Source of the DNA: a virus
Length of the DNA stretch: 64,000 nt
Reading direction: 5' to 3' (one strand)
IMG/VR virus record: IMGVR_UViG_3300049846_002130
Location: 96,001 to 160,000 of that record
A program made the translations under genes and the position numbers. The notes under the pieces were generated by a model. It worked only from the letters and a program-made list of their open reading frames with translations, did not search any database and had not been told where the DNA came from. Of this stretch, positions 9,535-17,988 are shown piece by piece. Position 1 is the first letter of the stretch. The number at the start of each line of letters is the position of its first letter.

Positions 9535-10726
9535 CTTTTGTTGCTTGATCAAAAATTAACGGTAGTGCAGCTCGACCAGGATTAAGCATTCGTTCAAACA
9601 GTAGGTTATATTTAATAGGATCTACTTTTGTAATACCTAAGGCATAGGCAACTAGAGAACCTCCAGCACTGCCACGACCAGGACCGATTGCTATGTCTAG
9701 CTCACGGGCCTTATTAACGTACTGAGCAACAATTAAAAAGTAATCGCTAAAGCCTAGTTTCTTAATAACACCAAGTTCATAAAATAATCTTTCAGTATAA
9801 ACAAATGGCATGGTTGTAAATCTTTTTTGAAGACCACTAATTGCTTCTGCTTCAAGCACTTGCCATGAATGTATACCTGGTGGGCATTCTTTATATTTGG
9901 TGAACCGATTCTTTCTATCAGAGAAATAATCGTTGGTTACCATGTTGGCAATATGTGTAGTATTAGTGAGCGCTTCTAAGGGTACGCTTGCTTGCTTAGC
10001 TAAGTCTTGCATCTCTTGTGGCGAACCAAGAAATACTTCTATGTCTCCAAATGAGAAGCCATCACCAGAACCTTCAGTTGCCATTTTAAGTGTAGTCTCG
10101 TGAAATTGTTTATCATGCTTATGTGTGTAGTGGGCATCAGCTGTCATAATAATTGGCAAGCTATTTCTATTTGCTAGCTCAATAAGAATGCTGTTGACAA
10201 CTTGCTGGTCTCCAGCATGAGCTTGTAGCTCTACGAAGAATCTATCTTTATAGATATCAGCATGCTCTAGCAATTGTTTTTCTGCTTGTTTATAGTCACC
10301 TCTTAAAATTAATTGAGAGAATAGCGATCCTAAACATGCAGTAGTGGCAGCAATACCTTCTGAATAGTCAGCCATAATCTGTTTTGCAATTCTTGGCTTA
10401 TAGTAAAGATTCTCTGTGTATGCTCGAGAGCTTAGTGTCCATAAGTTATGAAGACCTTTATTATTTAGAGCCAGCATGACCATATGATAGTAAGCTCGTT
10501 CTCGCTCATCGGGTTCGCGCACACCATTCGGTAGAACTGATATATATGCTTCTAAACCAAGGATAGGTTTAATACCAACCTTATTACAGTTCTGCCAGAA
10601 TTGGTAATGGCCGACACAATTACCGTGATCGGTTAAAGCGCAGCTGGACATTCCCTTATTTTTAATATGTTGAGGAGTGCTGTCTAGACGATTTACCCCA
10701 TCTAGTGTTGATGCTTCAAACTTCAA
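9446..10726 (-). CDS. dnaE: DNA polymerase III alpha subunit, N-terminal part (PHP domain to GRGS motif); true 5' end is anomalous
   Basis: [49 protein letters not shown]. Confidence 0.92.
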   Translation of the reverse strand: MKFEASTLDGVNRLDSTPQHIKNKGMSSCALTDHGNCVGHYQFWQNCNKVGIKPILGLEAYISVLPNGVREPDERERAYYHMVMLALNNKGLHNLWTLSSRAYTENLYYKPRIAKQIMADYSEGIAATTACLGSLFSQLILRGDYKQAEKQLLEHADIYKDRFFVELQAHAGDQQVVNSILIELANRNSLPIIMTADAHYTHKHDKQFHETTLKMATEGSGDGFSFGDIEVFLGSPQEMQDLAKQASVPLEALTNTTHIANMVTNDYFSDRKNRFTKYKECPPGIHSWQVLEAEAISGLQKRFTTMPFVYTERLFYELGVIKKLGFSDYFLIVAQYVNKARELDIAIGPGRGSAGGSLVAYALGITKVDPIKYNLLFERMLNPGRAALPLIFDQATKAIAQQELDRLESEHTPAELHDHCSLDVQK

Positions 10727-10788
10727 GAGTGTACATGAAGGTGAACAAATCCACCTTTAGTACACTCTTGCCCTCCTTTATCATTCAT
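10723..10788 (-). CDS. 21-aa mini-[24 protein letters not shown] carrying the first PHP motif of DnaE
   Basis: ATG overlaps the upstream stop; ends [11 protein letters not shown], out of frame with 9446..10726. Confidence 0.6.
   Translation of the reverse strand: MNDKGGQECTKGGFVHLHVHS
10724..10770. promoter_or_regulatory. 47-nt hairpin over the dnaE-N start region
   Basis: caagagtgtac (10724-34) pairs with gtacactcttg (10760-70); aaggtg pairs with cacctt inside. Confidence 0.8.
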
Positions 10789-10972
10789 GACAATTACATC
10801 CTGGGTTACACTGACAGACATCCTCTTCTGCTAATATTTCTTTCTCACACTTATAGCAATATTCGAGATGATCAATAAGTTCTCTAATAAAGTTTAATCT
10901 TTCTAGTGTAGTAGATTCTTGATTACAACTATCTATTAGTTGCCATATCTCTATTTCAAGTTCAGGAGTCAT
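10781..10972 (-). CDS. hypothetical protein with Cys-rich C-terminus
   Basis: ORF ending [11 protein letters not shown]. Confidence 0.6.
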   Translation of the reverse strand: MTPELEIEIWQLIDSCNQESTTLERLNFIRELIDHLEYCYKCEKEILAEEDVCQCNPGCNCHE

Positions 10973-11237
10973 TGCTTACCTCCATGGTTTGATAAGCAAG
11001 GTAGCCAGAATGGTTATTTGTTGGTATACCTATTATCTTTGCGGTAGAATTTGGATTTTGAACTTCGAATATATTGCAAAATGTATTATCTAGTATCTTT
11101 TGTGTCTGCCATTTATTATTTGGTGGATCGTCTAGAGTAGCGACTTTATCATATGCTTCAGAAGTGCTATTGGCCTCTATGTAAACAATAGTTTCTTGCA
11201 TAACTCTTCTATATAAAAAAGCTTTATATGTCTTCAC
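10962..11237 (-). CDS. hypothetical protein
   Basis: Coupled ORF. Confidence 0.6.
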   Translation of the reverse strand: MKTYKAFLYRRVMQETIVYIEANSTSEAYDKVATLDDPPNNKWQTQKILDNTFCNIFEVQNPNSTAKIIGIPTNNHSGYLAYQTMEVSNDS

Positions 11238-11854
11238 TCAAACACCATGGTATTAGCTATCTCCCCATTAGTTAACGCTAGTGGGGCAGCAGTTGGAGTT
11301 TTAGTTGTATCAAATAGAGTATACGAAACAGTTGTTCCGTGACCATGAGATTCTTGTTGTTTTACCAACTCAAGTATTTCGGTTAGGTGTTCTGGGAAGC
11401 GCCACACTTGGCAGCCAGCAGAGTTACGGCCGACATACTTGGAACCATAACCGTGATGGCCATTAACGGCATTACCGGTTCCGGTAATCCATTGAGTCTC
11501 ATCAACTTGTGCGTCTTTGTTATTATCACGCCAATAGGTAAGGGTACCCACTTGCTGTAGTGCAGGATAGCCAGTATGAGTGCCTAGCTTCCATAAAGAC
11601 TTTTGGTGAGTGGGGGCTACTACAAGGCAGCCCATCGAAGTTAATGGGTTTTCTAGGTAGTGAACACCGGGTGTGGTAGTGCCAATCCAGCGCTTTAGAA
11701 CCCAGCGCTTGCCGTCAAAAAACGCACAGCCAAGAGCATCATCCCAACTGTCAGCATGGCCAGAGACTCGGATGCCAAAGACATTGAGATCGTAAGGCCC
11801 AGTATAAAAAGGCCAAGCTTTGTCAGAATATAATTTTCTAAGTGTCGATAGCAT
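11234..11854 (-). CDS. L,D-transpeptidase (YkuD)-like cell-wall enzyme
   Basis: NGHH...RNSAGCQV matches the His / SxGC catalytic signature. Confidence 0.65.
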   Translation of the reverse strand: MLSTLRKLYSDKAWPFYTGPYDLNVFGIRVSGHADSWDDALGCAFFDGKRWVLKRWIGTTTPGVHYLENPLTSMGCLVVAPTHQKSLWKLGTHTGYPALQQVGTLTYWRDNNKDAQVDETQWITGTGNAVNGHHGYGSKYVGRNSAGCQVWRFPEHLTEILELVKQQESHGHGTTVSYTLFDTTKTPTAAPLALTNGEIANTMVFE

Positions 11855-12041
11855 TAGTATCTCCTAATAAAATGGGTCTTGATACGAATGTAAGCTCGTT
11901 TTCAGAAATTAAAGACCATTCGTCGTCTACTTTAATATCTGTAATATATGCTTCGGTAAAGTGCCAGGTTTGTCCATTACTTAACTGGGTAATTAAGTCT
12001 GGTCCATCCCAGTATATCTCAGTGCATTTCTCTGTTTGCAT
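11838..12041 (-). CDS. hypothetical protein
   Basis: Coupled ORF. Confidence 0.55.
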   Translation of the reverse strand: MQTEKCTEIYWDGPDLITQLSNGQTWHFTEAYITDIKVDDEWSLISENELTFVSRPILLGDTNAIDT

Positions 12042-12279
12042 ATTCTTTAATCCCCCAATATGGTAATGGTGCCCACCATTCTGGACCGGTTTGTGTATCG
12101 AATCTATAAGGAGAGTAGGGGTCGTGCTTTAGCCACCAGCCTTTACCAGCATAAGTAAATATCTCATATAGGCCACCACTATAACCAAGCACTCGTTCAT
12201 TGACTTGAGGTTCTTTCTGAGTAAATTCTAAATTTAGATAATAGGTCTTAACCATTAGGTAAACCCCATATAATCGCAC
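12019..12279 (-). CDS. hypothetical protein
   Basis: Coupled ORF. Confidence 0.55.
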   Translation of the reverse strand: MRLYGVYLMVKTYYLNLEFTQKEPQVNERVLGYSGGLYEIFTYAGKGWWLKHDPYSPYRFDTQTGPEWWAPLPYWGIKEYANREMH

Positions 12280-12464
12280 TCATCCTCATCTAGAGGGTGG
12301 CCCTCATCCCATTCGTTTTCTTCAGTAGCTATATTTTCAAGATGATGTAGCAACTCATCCTCTAAACCATTTTCCATAATGAAGTCCATTAGTAATACAA
12401 CCAATGTACTTTCAGACCAACATTGTTGCTCTGTTAGTTCAATTAAATGTCGTTCTGTATTCAT
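12255..12464 (-). CDS. small, very acidic hypothetical protein
   Basis: About 20 D/E and one R in 69 aa. Confidence 0.6.
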   Translation of the reverse strand: MNTERHLIELTEQQCWSESTLVVLLMDFIMENGLEDELLHHLENIATEENEWDEGHPLDEDECDYMGFT

Positions 12465-12492
12465 AAAAAAATAAGGGGGGCAATTAGCCCCC
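12465..12492 (-). terminator. intrinsic terminator
   Basis: GGGGGC-TAATT-GCCCCC followed by a T-tract on the minus strand. Confidence 0.8.
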
Positions 12493-12496
12493 TCCT

Positions 12497-12721
12497 TTAC
12501 TGTGGTCTACGTAGTTGACGCCACTTGCTAACAGTTACATCCTTTGGATTTGCTTGAGCATAACGCTCGGTAACAAACCGGCCACTGCTATCGCGGAATT
12601 GTGTATGCGTCGCGTAGCGTGGGGCGAACTTACCAGTTGTGTCCCGAAGTGAAGTCTGTGAGGTCGTGTTCTGTACTGATGTGCGAGATTGAGTATTTTG
12701 GTTTCTTTGTGTTCTTGTCAT
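12497..12721 (-). CDS. small basic, disordered protein with two RDxxG(K/R)F motifs
   Basis: ATG at 12721 with GGAG SD; RDTTGKF and RDSSGRF. Confidence 0.65.
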   Translation of the reverse strand: MTRTQRNQNTQSRTSVQNTTSQTSLRDTTGKFAPRYATHTQFRDSSGRFVTERYAQANPKDVTVSKWRQLRRPQ

Positions 12722-13037
12722 TATTGTCTCCTTGTGTATTAATTTCAATTTTTGCCAAATAGCATAGTTGAAATGGTAGTTGGACTATAAGCTGTCCATA
12801 GCCTTTGTCTATTACTTTGGTCCATTGCCAAAAGTCAGAATCTAAAAAGTAGAGATTGCCATCATCTAATTCTAGCTGTATGGGAAATTTAAAGGATTCT
12901 CTCATTACTAGTAAGCGAAGAGATTCGGTTAATTCTGTAGCTAAATTAGTTATTAGTCTAGGTGTAGCTGAGTGGCCTTGGTATTTTGCTGCTGTGTTGT
13001 TGATGCAGTCTTTAATTAATTTTAACTCGTTATTCAT
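12630..13037 (-). CDS. hypothetical protein
   Basis: ORF track entry. Confidence 0.55.
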   Translation of the reverse strand: MNNELKLIKDCINNTAAKYQGHSATPRLITNLATELTESLRLLVMRESFKFPIQLELDDGNLYFLDSDFWQWTKVIDKGYGQLIVQLPFQLCYLAKIEINTQGDNNDKNTKKPKYSISHISTEHDLTDFTSGHNW

Positions 13038-13186
13038 CTAAGCAGTCCATTAATTTTTTCTTCTAGGTGTAGGGCAATACTTGGTGGCACATCGGGGCCT
13101 AACATGTGTATTAATAGCAAGATGTCGTTTAATTCATCTTTATTAAATTGTCTTACAACTAGTCTAGTCTTCAGATATATCCACAA
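13034..13186 (-). CDS. 50-aa hypothetical protein filling the gap after recA
   Basis: TTG...TGA, MWIYLKTRLVVRQF...GLLR; stop overlaps the next ATG. Confidence 0.4.
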   Translation of the reverse strand: MWIYLKTRLVVRQFNKDELNDILLLIHMLGPDVPPSIALHLEEKINGLLR

Positions 13187-14258
13187 TAGAATCAGAATCA
13201 TCATCATCAATTGTTCCCGCTAATTCTTTATCTGCGCTATAACACATTGTTTCTAATTTTTGCATCATATCTGGATTAGTTCTTAGGGCTTCTACGAAGC
13301 CTGCTTTGCCACCTGTTGACCAAAGGGTTTCCCAGTCGCTATCTCCTGTACCAGTTCTTATTAATGTACTTTGACCAGCATGCCTTATTATACCAAGAGT
13401 TTTTGCATTAAGCATTAGGTCACTTGGCTTATCAACGCCTCTGGCGTAAACGAAATGATAGTTTATTTCGGCAGCAATTGGCGGACTACATTTGTTCTTA
13501 ACAATTTTTAGTCTACCCATAAACGCATTAGCAACTTCCGTAGAAGGCTTTTGAGGTAAAGTCTTGAGTCTTACAGAAGAGTAAAATTTAAGAGCTGTAC
13601 CGCCAGAGGTGGTCTCTGGATTACCCATACGAGCGCCGGGGTTATATTTTAATTGATTTAAAAAGATAGAAGTAATATCATTTTCTGCAGCTATTTTAGA
13701 ATACTCTCTAAAGAATCTGCTTGTATCCTTAGATATACCACCAACATCTACTTCACTTACATCTCGCTGTAACTGCCTTTGATTTTGTAACGCATCAATA
13801 GAATCTAGTAAAACAAAGCCAACCTGTCCAGTCTTGCCTAAGTCTAGTAAGGTTTGGAATGCTTCCTCGGCAGTATCAACCCGACAGTACAAGACTCGGT
13901 CCATGTCCACACCCATGCTCTTAAAGAAAGAGCCAACCATGGTGTGCTCAGCATCAATGACAAGAGCTACACGTCCACCGTGTAGCTCACGGCCCTCAGT
14001 AGTTTGGTCTTGCCAGTCTTGGTAAGCTTTAATAGATGCTAAGGCCAGGCTTGTTTTGCCGCTAGATTCAGGACCATAAATTTCTACGATACGTCCGCGG
14101 GGCCAGCCCCCAATACCCAAAGCTAAGTCTAGAGAGAATACACCAGACGGGACAGGTTCAATCTTTTGTTTAGTGGTTCCAAAAGTAATGAAATCTTTTT
14201 TAGAGAACTTCTTTTCAAGTTGCTCAATTGTCTTTTTTAATAATAGGTTTCCTTTCAC
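13164..14258 (-). CDS. recA: recombinase A
   Basis: GGWPRGRIVEIYGPESSGKT, IDAEH, DSI, NQL, GGTALKFYSSVR, KNK. Confidence 0.97.
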   Translation of the reverse strand: MKGNLLLKKTIEQLEKKFSKKDFITFGTTKQKIEPVPSGVFSLDLALGIGGWPRGRIVEIYGPESSGKTSLALASIKAYQDWQDQTTEGRELHGGRVALVIDAEHTMVGSFFKSMGVDMDRVLYCRVDTAEEAFQTLLDLGKTGQVGFVLLDSIDALQNQRQLQRDVSEVDVGGISKDTSRFFREYSKIAAENDITSIFLNQLKYNPGARMGNPETTSGGTALKFYSSVRLKTLPQKPSTEVANAFMGRLKIVKNKCSPPIAAEINYHFVYARGVDKPSDLMLNAKTLGIIRHAGQSTLIRTGTGDSDWETLWSTGGKAGFVEALRTNPDMMQKLETMCYSADKELAGTIDDDDSDSIVDISED

Positions 14259-14944
14259 ACTGTCTCCAACTGAGAACTGAGTTCTAGTTTAGCCTTGGCA
14301 ATACTGCTAGATAAATAATTAGTTACATATGTTTTATGCTGTAGCTTTGTTTTGGGAAGGTGACCGCTCCCAGAATAATATGTATCTAAAATATTCTTTC
14401 CAGCTCTAATTAACTTTGTGTTAAGGTCTTTTAGCTCCAACCAATTGGACTTAACTTTCTTGTTAACTCTAGCTGCAGCAGGATGATGGTGGTATGCCAT
14501 CTCAATAACCAACGCAAGCTGATCAATATATTTAATTAGCTGGTCGTTTCTATAGTCTAATGGTAAACCAATAGATTTATGAACATGAATCTCAGCTTTG
14601 TGTTCGATCTTAATATAGTCTGGTAAATAAGGTTTAAGGCCCGAAGGAATATCAACAACTAAATATTCATGTAAGTCGTGAGCAACAGCATAGCCTCGCT
14701 GGACGACTAAATTATTAACAAAGTTATTTTGAGTTGTAAAGATATCTGGTAAGACCTTGAGAGCATCTACTAATTTTCCACACAGATATAAATGCTCTGC
14801 TAACGTAACGTCAATTGCTCCTAGATAGCGCCTCATATTAAAAATATGCTTAAAGATATCACTTAGCTGTACATTCGTTGTTTCTAATGCATCAAAATAA
14901 ACTAGGTTACCTTCAGCAGTTGTCATATCAGGATATCTGTTCAT
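14255..14944 (-). CDS. HD-domain 5'-deoxynucleotidase (YfbR-like)
   Basis: RRY...TLAEH...AHDLHEYLVVDIPSGLK. Confidence 0.75.
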   Translation of the reverse strand: MNRYPDMTTAEGNLVYFDALETTNVQLSDIFKHIFNMRRYLGAIDVTLAEHLYLCGKLVDALKVLPDIFTTQNNFVNNLVVQRGYAVAHDLHEYLVVDIPSGLKPYLPDYIKIEHKAEIHVHKSIGLPLDYRNDQLIKYIDQLALVIEMAYHHHPAAARVNKKVKSNWLELKDLNTKLIRAGKNILDTYYSGSGHLPKTKLQHKTYVTNYLSSSIAKAKLELSSQLETV

Positions 14945-15449
14945 CGGACTCCTTAGGTTCCTTGTCTGGATTTAGGGTAAGAAATTTAACTCTATTCTCC
15001 TTAACAGCTTCTTTGATTGCTTTTTGAACTTTACTAAGTCTAGATTTACTAGTCTTTACTTCTATAAAAAGTATCTCGTTTACAGTTGGCTCAGTATCGC
15101 GGCTATTATGAACACCTGAAAATACGATGTAGTCTATAGGATCTCCCAGATGTCTAAAGTCACGGGGATTCAGATTACCAATTGCAAACGGTATAAAGGT
15201 CTCAGCTATATTGCCTCTAGTTACTGCTTTACTTTTTACTATTGCTTCTGCCCTAGCAGTGGTTAGGGATTGCTGATGGTTCAAATTTTGATCTAGTAGT
15301 TCTTTTTCTAAGGTTTCTATTTTTAACTTAGTGACTTTTCTTTCTTCTGCCAGCTGAGTTTTAGTAAACTGATTAAGGCTTATAGTAAAGATTAGCATGA
15401 CAGATAAAAGAATACATGCAACAGTTAATAAAATTAAGGATGTGTCCAT
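14928..15449 (-). CDS. Holliday-junction-resolvase-like endonuclease with N-terminal membrane anchor
   Basis: FRHLGDPIDYIVF...FIEVKT...LSKVQ; TM helix then coiled coil. Confidence 0.8.
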   Translation of the reverse strand: MDTSLILLTVACILLSVMLIFTISLNQFTKTQLAEERKVTKLKIETLEKELLDQNLNHQQSLTTARAEAIVKSKAVTRGNIAETFIPFAIGNLNPRDFRHLGDPIDYIVFSGVHNSRDTEPTVNEILFIEVKTSKSRLSKVQKAIKEAVKENRVKFLTLNPDKEPKESDEQIS

Positions 15450-15843
15450 GGAACCTCATAATGTGCAAGTACTTTGCTCTGGGTATTTTAATCTATTACA
15501 TGCTGGCCATGTTGAGCTGTTAGCTTTTGCTTCTAAGTATGGGAAAGTAACAGTAGCTATTAATGATGATGAGCATTGTCAAAGAAAATATGGAACAAAA
15601 GCTATGTTGGCTTCCCATCGGTTGTATTGCTTAAATGCTTGTAAGTATGTAGAAAGTACTTGTGTCTTTGGCGAAGACACGCCCTCTGAATTAATACTAA
15701 GACTAAAGCCCAAGTATTATATACGAGGCTATGACTATGCTAATAAAGCACTTCCAGAAGAAGCTGCTCTAGAGCTTGTTAAAGCACAAACCATTATATT
15801 CAAGAGTAAGCAAATTAAGATTCATACTTCTGACTTTCTTTGA
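15448..15843 (+). CDS. cytidylyltransferase-like protein, HldE/RfaE domain II-like
   Basis: GYFNLLHAGH (HxGH), VAINDD, FGEDTP, RGYDY. ATG at 15448 has AAGGA SD; the track start is 15397. Confidence 0.8.
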   Translation: MEPHNVQVLCSGYFNLLHAGHVELLAFASKYGKVTVAINDDEHCQRKYGTKAMLASHRLYCLNACKYVESTCVFGEDTPSELILRLKPKYYIRGYDYANKALPEEAALELVKAQTIIFKSKQIKIHTSDFL

Positions 15844-16453
15844 TTACAGCAGTAAAACAATTATTCATCTTTAGCAAAAGATGAAAATACTTTGCTAGTT
15901 CTTTAAGTTCAATATTGGTCATACCAACATCAAGTTCTAAACATAGGGCAACAAAAACTGCTTCAAGTAACTGAACTTCAGCACGTTTGCCATCCTTATT
16001 GATACGGATAATTTTTTCTTCTGTGTCTACAGGAGGCAAAGAATTGTCTGTAAACTTTACATCTTCATGAAGAACTTCATAAACCTTACCGCAGATATTA
16101 ATACTCTCCGGAATATGATCAAAGATTTGCATGTCTTTCTCGGTCCAGTACTGAATTGTTTCTTTAATGGCATACTCTTTCATTTGTTCTAGATTAACTT
16201 TCTCACTTTCTAGAATCTCTTTTACCATGGCTTCTACGCTCATGGTGTTGTTATAGCCATCAAATACATTAGCTAGTTCATAGTCATTATCAAATAAAAA
16301 GGCAATGGCGGTTAAGTATGCTTCTTGCAGATACTTTTTTCTTCTTGTAATTGGATGTTGTAGTTTTATGTAATCATCAATTGCCTGGCGTAAGATGCCA
16401 AGAAGCAAGTTACGCCAGTCAACATGATCCATATAGTCAATGTCTTTATTCAA
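15815..16453 (-). CDS. hypothetical protein
   Basis: Long ORF; N-terminal LLGILRQAIDDY helix. Confidence 0.7.
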   Translation of the reverse strand: MNKDIDYMDHVDWRNLLLGILRQAIDDYIKLQHPITRRKKYLQEAYLTAIAFLFDNDYELANVFDGYNNTMSVEAMVKEILESEKVNLEQMKEYAIKETIQYWTEKDMQIFDHIPESINICGKVYEVLHEDVKFTDNSLPPVDTEEKIIRINKDGKRAEVQLLEAVFVALCLELDVGMTNIELKELAKYFHLLLKMNNCFTAVIKESQKYES

Positions 16454-16465
16454 TATTTTGTCCGA

Positions 16466-16816
16466 CTAGACTTCTTCTACTGGATCTTCAGGAACTTCAA
16501 ATCCAGTAGTTTCGTCAAATTGGATACCTATAAAGTCATCAACGCTACTTTCTATATCTTCTAGATTCTCTGTAGCTATGTCCCAGAGTTCATGTAAATA
16601 ATCAGGCACATCTGCTGGTTTGATTCCAAGAAGGAATGCTAGTAGATCTACTGGAGTTTCTTTAAGCAATGGCCAAAAGTCAGCAGCATCTACACGATCT
16701 TCTAAAGCATCGTCTATATCGTTACCTAATAGTTCAAAAAGAAGTATTTGATGTTCTAGCTTTGCATCTTCCGATGCCTTTATAAGTTCATCAAGGTGTG
16801 TCATTAAGTCTCCCAT
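16466..16816 (-). CDS. very acidic hypothetical protein
   Basis: About 33 D/E versus 5 K/R in 116 aa. Confidence 0.7.
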   Translation of the reverse strand: MGDLMTHLDELIKASEDAKLEHQILLFELLGNDIDDALEDRVDAADFWPLLKETPVDLLAFLLGIKPADVPDYLHELWDIATENLEDIESSVDDFIGIQFDETTGFEVPEDPVEEV

Positions 16817-17042
16817 ATATCATTGTAGCGATATTTGCTAATAAGCCTGCAGTAATTGCAGCAATAACAGCTACTAATGATTGGCTAATGCTTGTTACTG
16901 TTATATAAACAGATAGGGTAAACATTAGTTCACTAATTATAAAATGTTTAATACTGAAATTTTTAAGCCACTGTGGCAAGTGCATCCAAGTAAAGACTGT
17001 ACTTGCAAAGATAAGACATCCAAAAACAATACCATCAATCAT
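16791..17042 (-). CDS. small membrane protein
   Basis: Three hydrophobic segments. Confidence 0.65.
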   Translation of the reverse strand: MIDGIVFGCLIFASTVFTWMHLPQWLKNFSIKHFIISELMFTLSVYITVTSISQSLVAVIAAITAGLLANIATMIYGRLNDTP

Positions 17043-17608
17043 TATGACTCTAGGTGTCTCATTTCTACAGCTTGAGAAATAGCAATAGAGTTTAAAGACT
17101 TCTCAACTTTATCTAACATATCAAGTTTTTCTCTCCAGTAATGTTTAAACATTGCTGAGGTCATAGATATATTATTAAGTTTCTGTAGAATAAGGTTTAC
17201 CATTTTTTCAAGTTGTGCTTGAGAGGGCGCTCTTATATTTTTCGAACTATATTCTAATAATAAGGAATTTATAACATCTGTCTTCTTAACAGATAAACTG
17301 TTCTTTAATGCAGTAGCACCAAGAGTACATATACTGTAATAATGACTAGCTATTTGAATGTTATTAGCAATTACTATATGTAGTTCTCTAATCATATCTG
17401 GAGATAGTTGTTTTGTAGAGGGGAAGGCTATAGCAAAACTTTCCTCCCACTCGTCAATGCTTTTACCAAAGAATTTAATTTGTGAAGAAAATATTTTGAT
17501 AAAAGCTTCTGCGTCTATCACATCCTCAAGTGCATCATCTAAGACTTTTTGAGAATCAACAACTGTAGCTTTAAGTTCTTTAGTTACTTCTTGTTCTATC
17601 AGGTCCAA
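17042..17608 (-). CDS. helical hypothetical protein
   Basis: Coupled ORF. Confidence 0.7.
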   Translation of the reverse strand: MDLIEQEVTKELKATVVDSQKVLDDALEDVIDAEAFIKIFSSQIKFFGKSIDEWEESFAIAFPSTKQLSPDMIRELHIVIANNIQIASHYYSICTLGATALKNSLSVKKTDVINSLLLEYSSKNIRAPSQAQLEKMVNLILQKLNNISMTSAMFKHYWREKLDMLDKVEKSLNSIAISQAVEMRHLES

Positions 17609-17988
17609 GGATTGCTTCTTTTAGCTGTTGTTTTTGCTGTAGGACGCGATGTGGTTTCTGGAGCTGCAGGAGCAGAAGTAGGCGCAGTACTAGAACCTAG
17701 GTACTCTTTAACGATAGCGTTAAGAATTTCTGCTTCCATGGTTGTTTGCTTAGCATCTTCAAACTCTTTGGGGTCTATAAAGTAAACAGTTGGCCACCAT
17801 ACCTTTTGTCCATTATCATCTACTTTACTACTAAGTTGAGATGGAGGCTTTGCAAATGGCTCACCAGCCTTACTTAAAAAGATTTTAAAGTCTTTAATTA
17901 CCAATGTGTCGTCAATAACTAGGTCACAAAAACCTGCAAGACTACCCATTGGACTTTGAAGCTTACGAAGTTTTAGAGAATAATTCAT
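17599..17988 (-). CDS. SpoVG-family nucleic-acid-binding protein with flexible tail
   Basis: LAGFCDLVIDDTLVIKDFKIF...FAKPPS...ILNAIVKEY. Confidence 0.75.
   Translation of the reverse strand: MNYSLKLRKLQSPMGSLAGFCDLVIDDTLVIKDFKIFLSKAGEPFAKPPSQLSSKVDDNGQKVWWPTVYFIDPKEFEDAKQTTMEAEILNAIVKEYLGSSTAPTSAPAAPETTSRPTAKTTAKRSNPWT

Noticed and set aside
8310-9570. Group I/II intron or split intein rejoining the dnaE halves
   Set aside because: No catalytic-core motifs or intein end residues recognised; the C-gene has its own SD and the interval holds two intact opposite-strand ORFs. Only RT-PCR would exclude it fully.
10715-10730. Stop-codon reassignment (TGA or TAG) as the explanation of the dnaE anomaly
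   Set aside because: Readthrough gives HSxSLKHQH-stop, not DnaE, and the other genes are full length under code 11 using all three stops.
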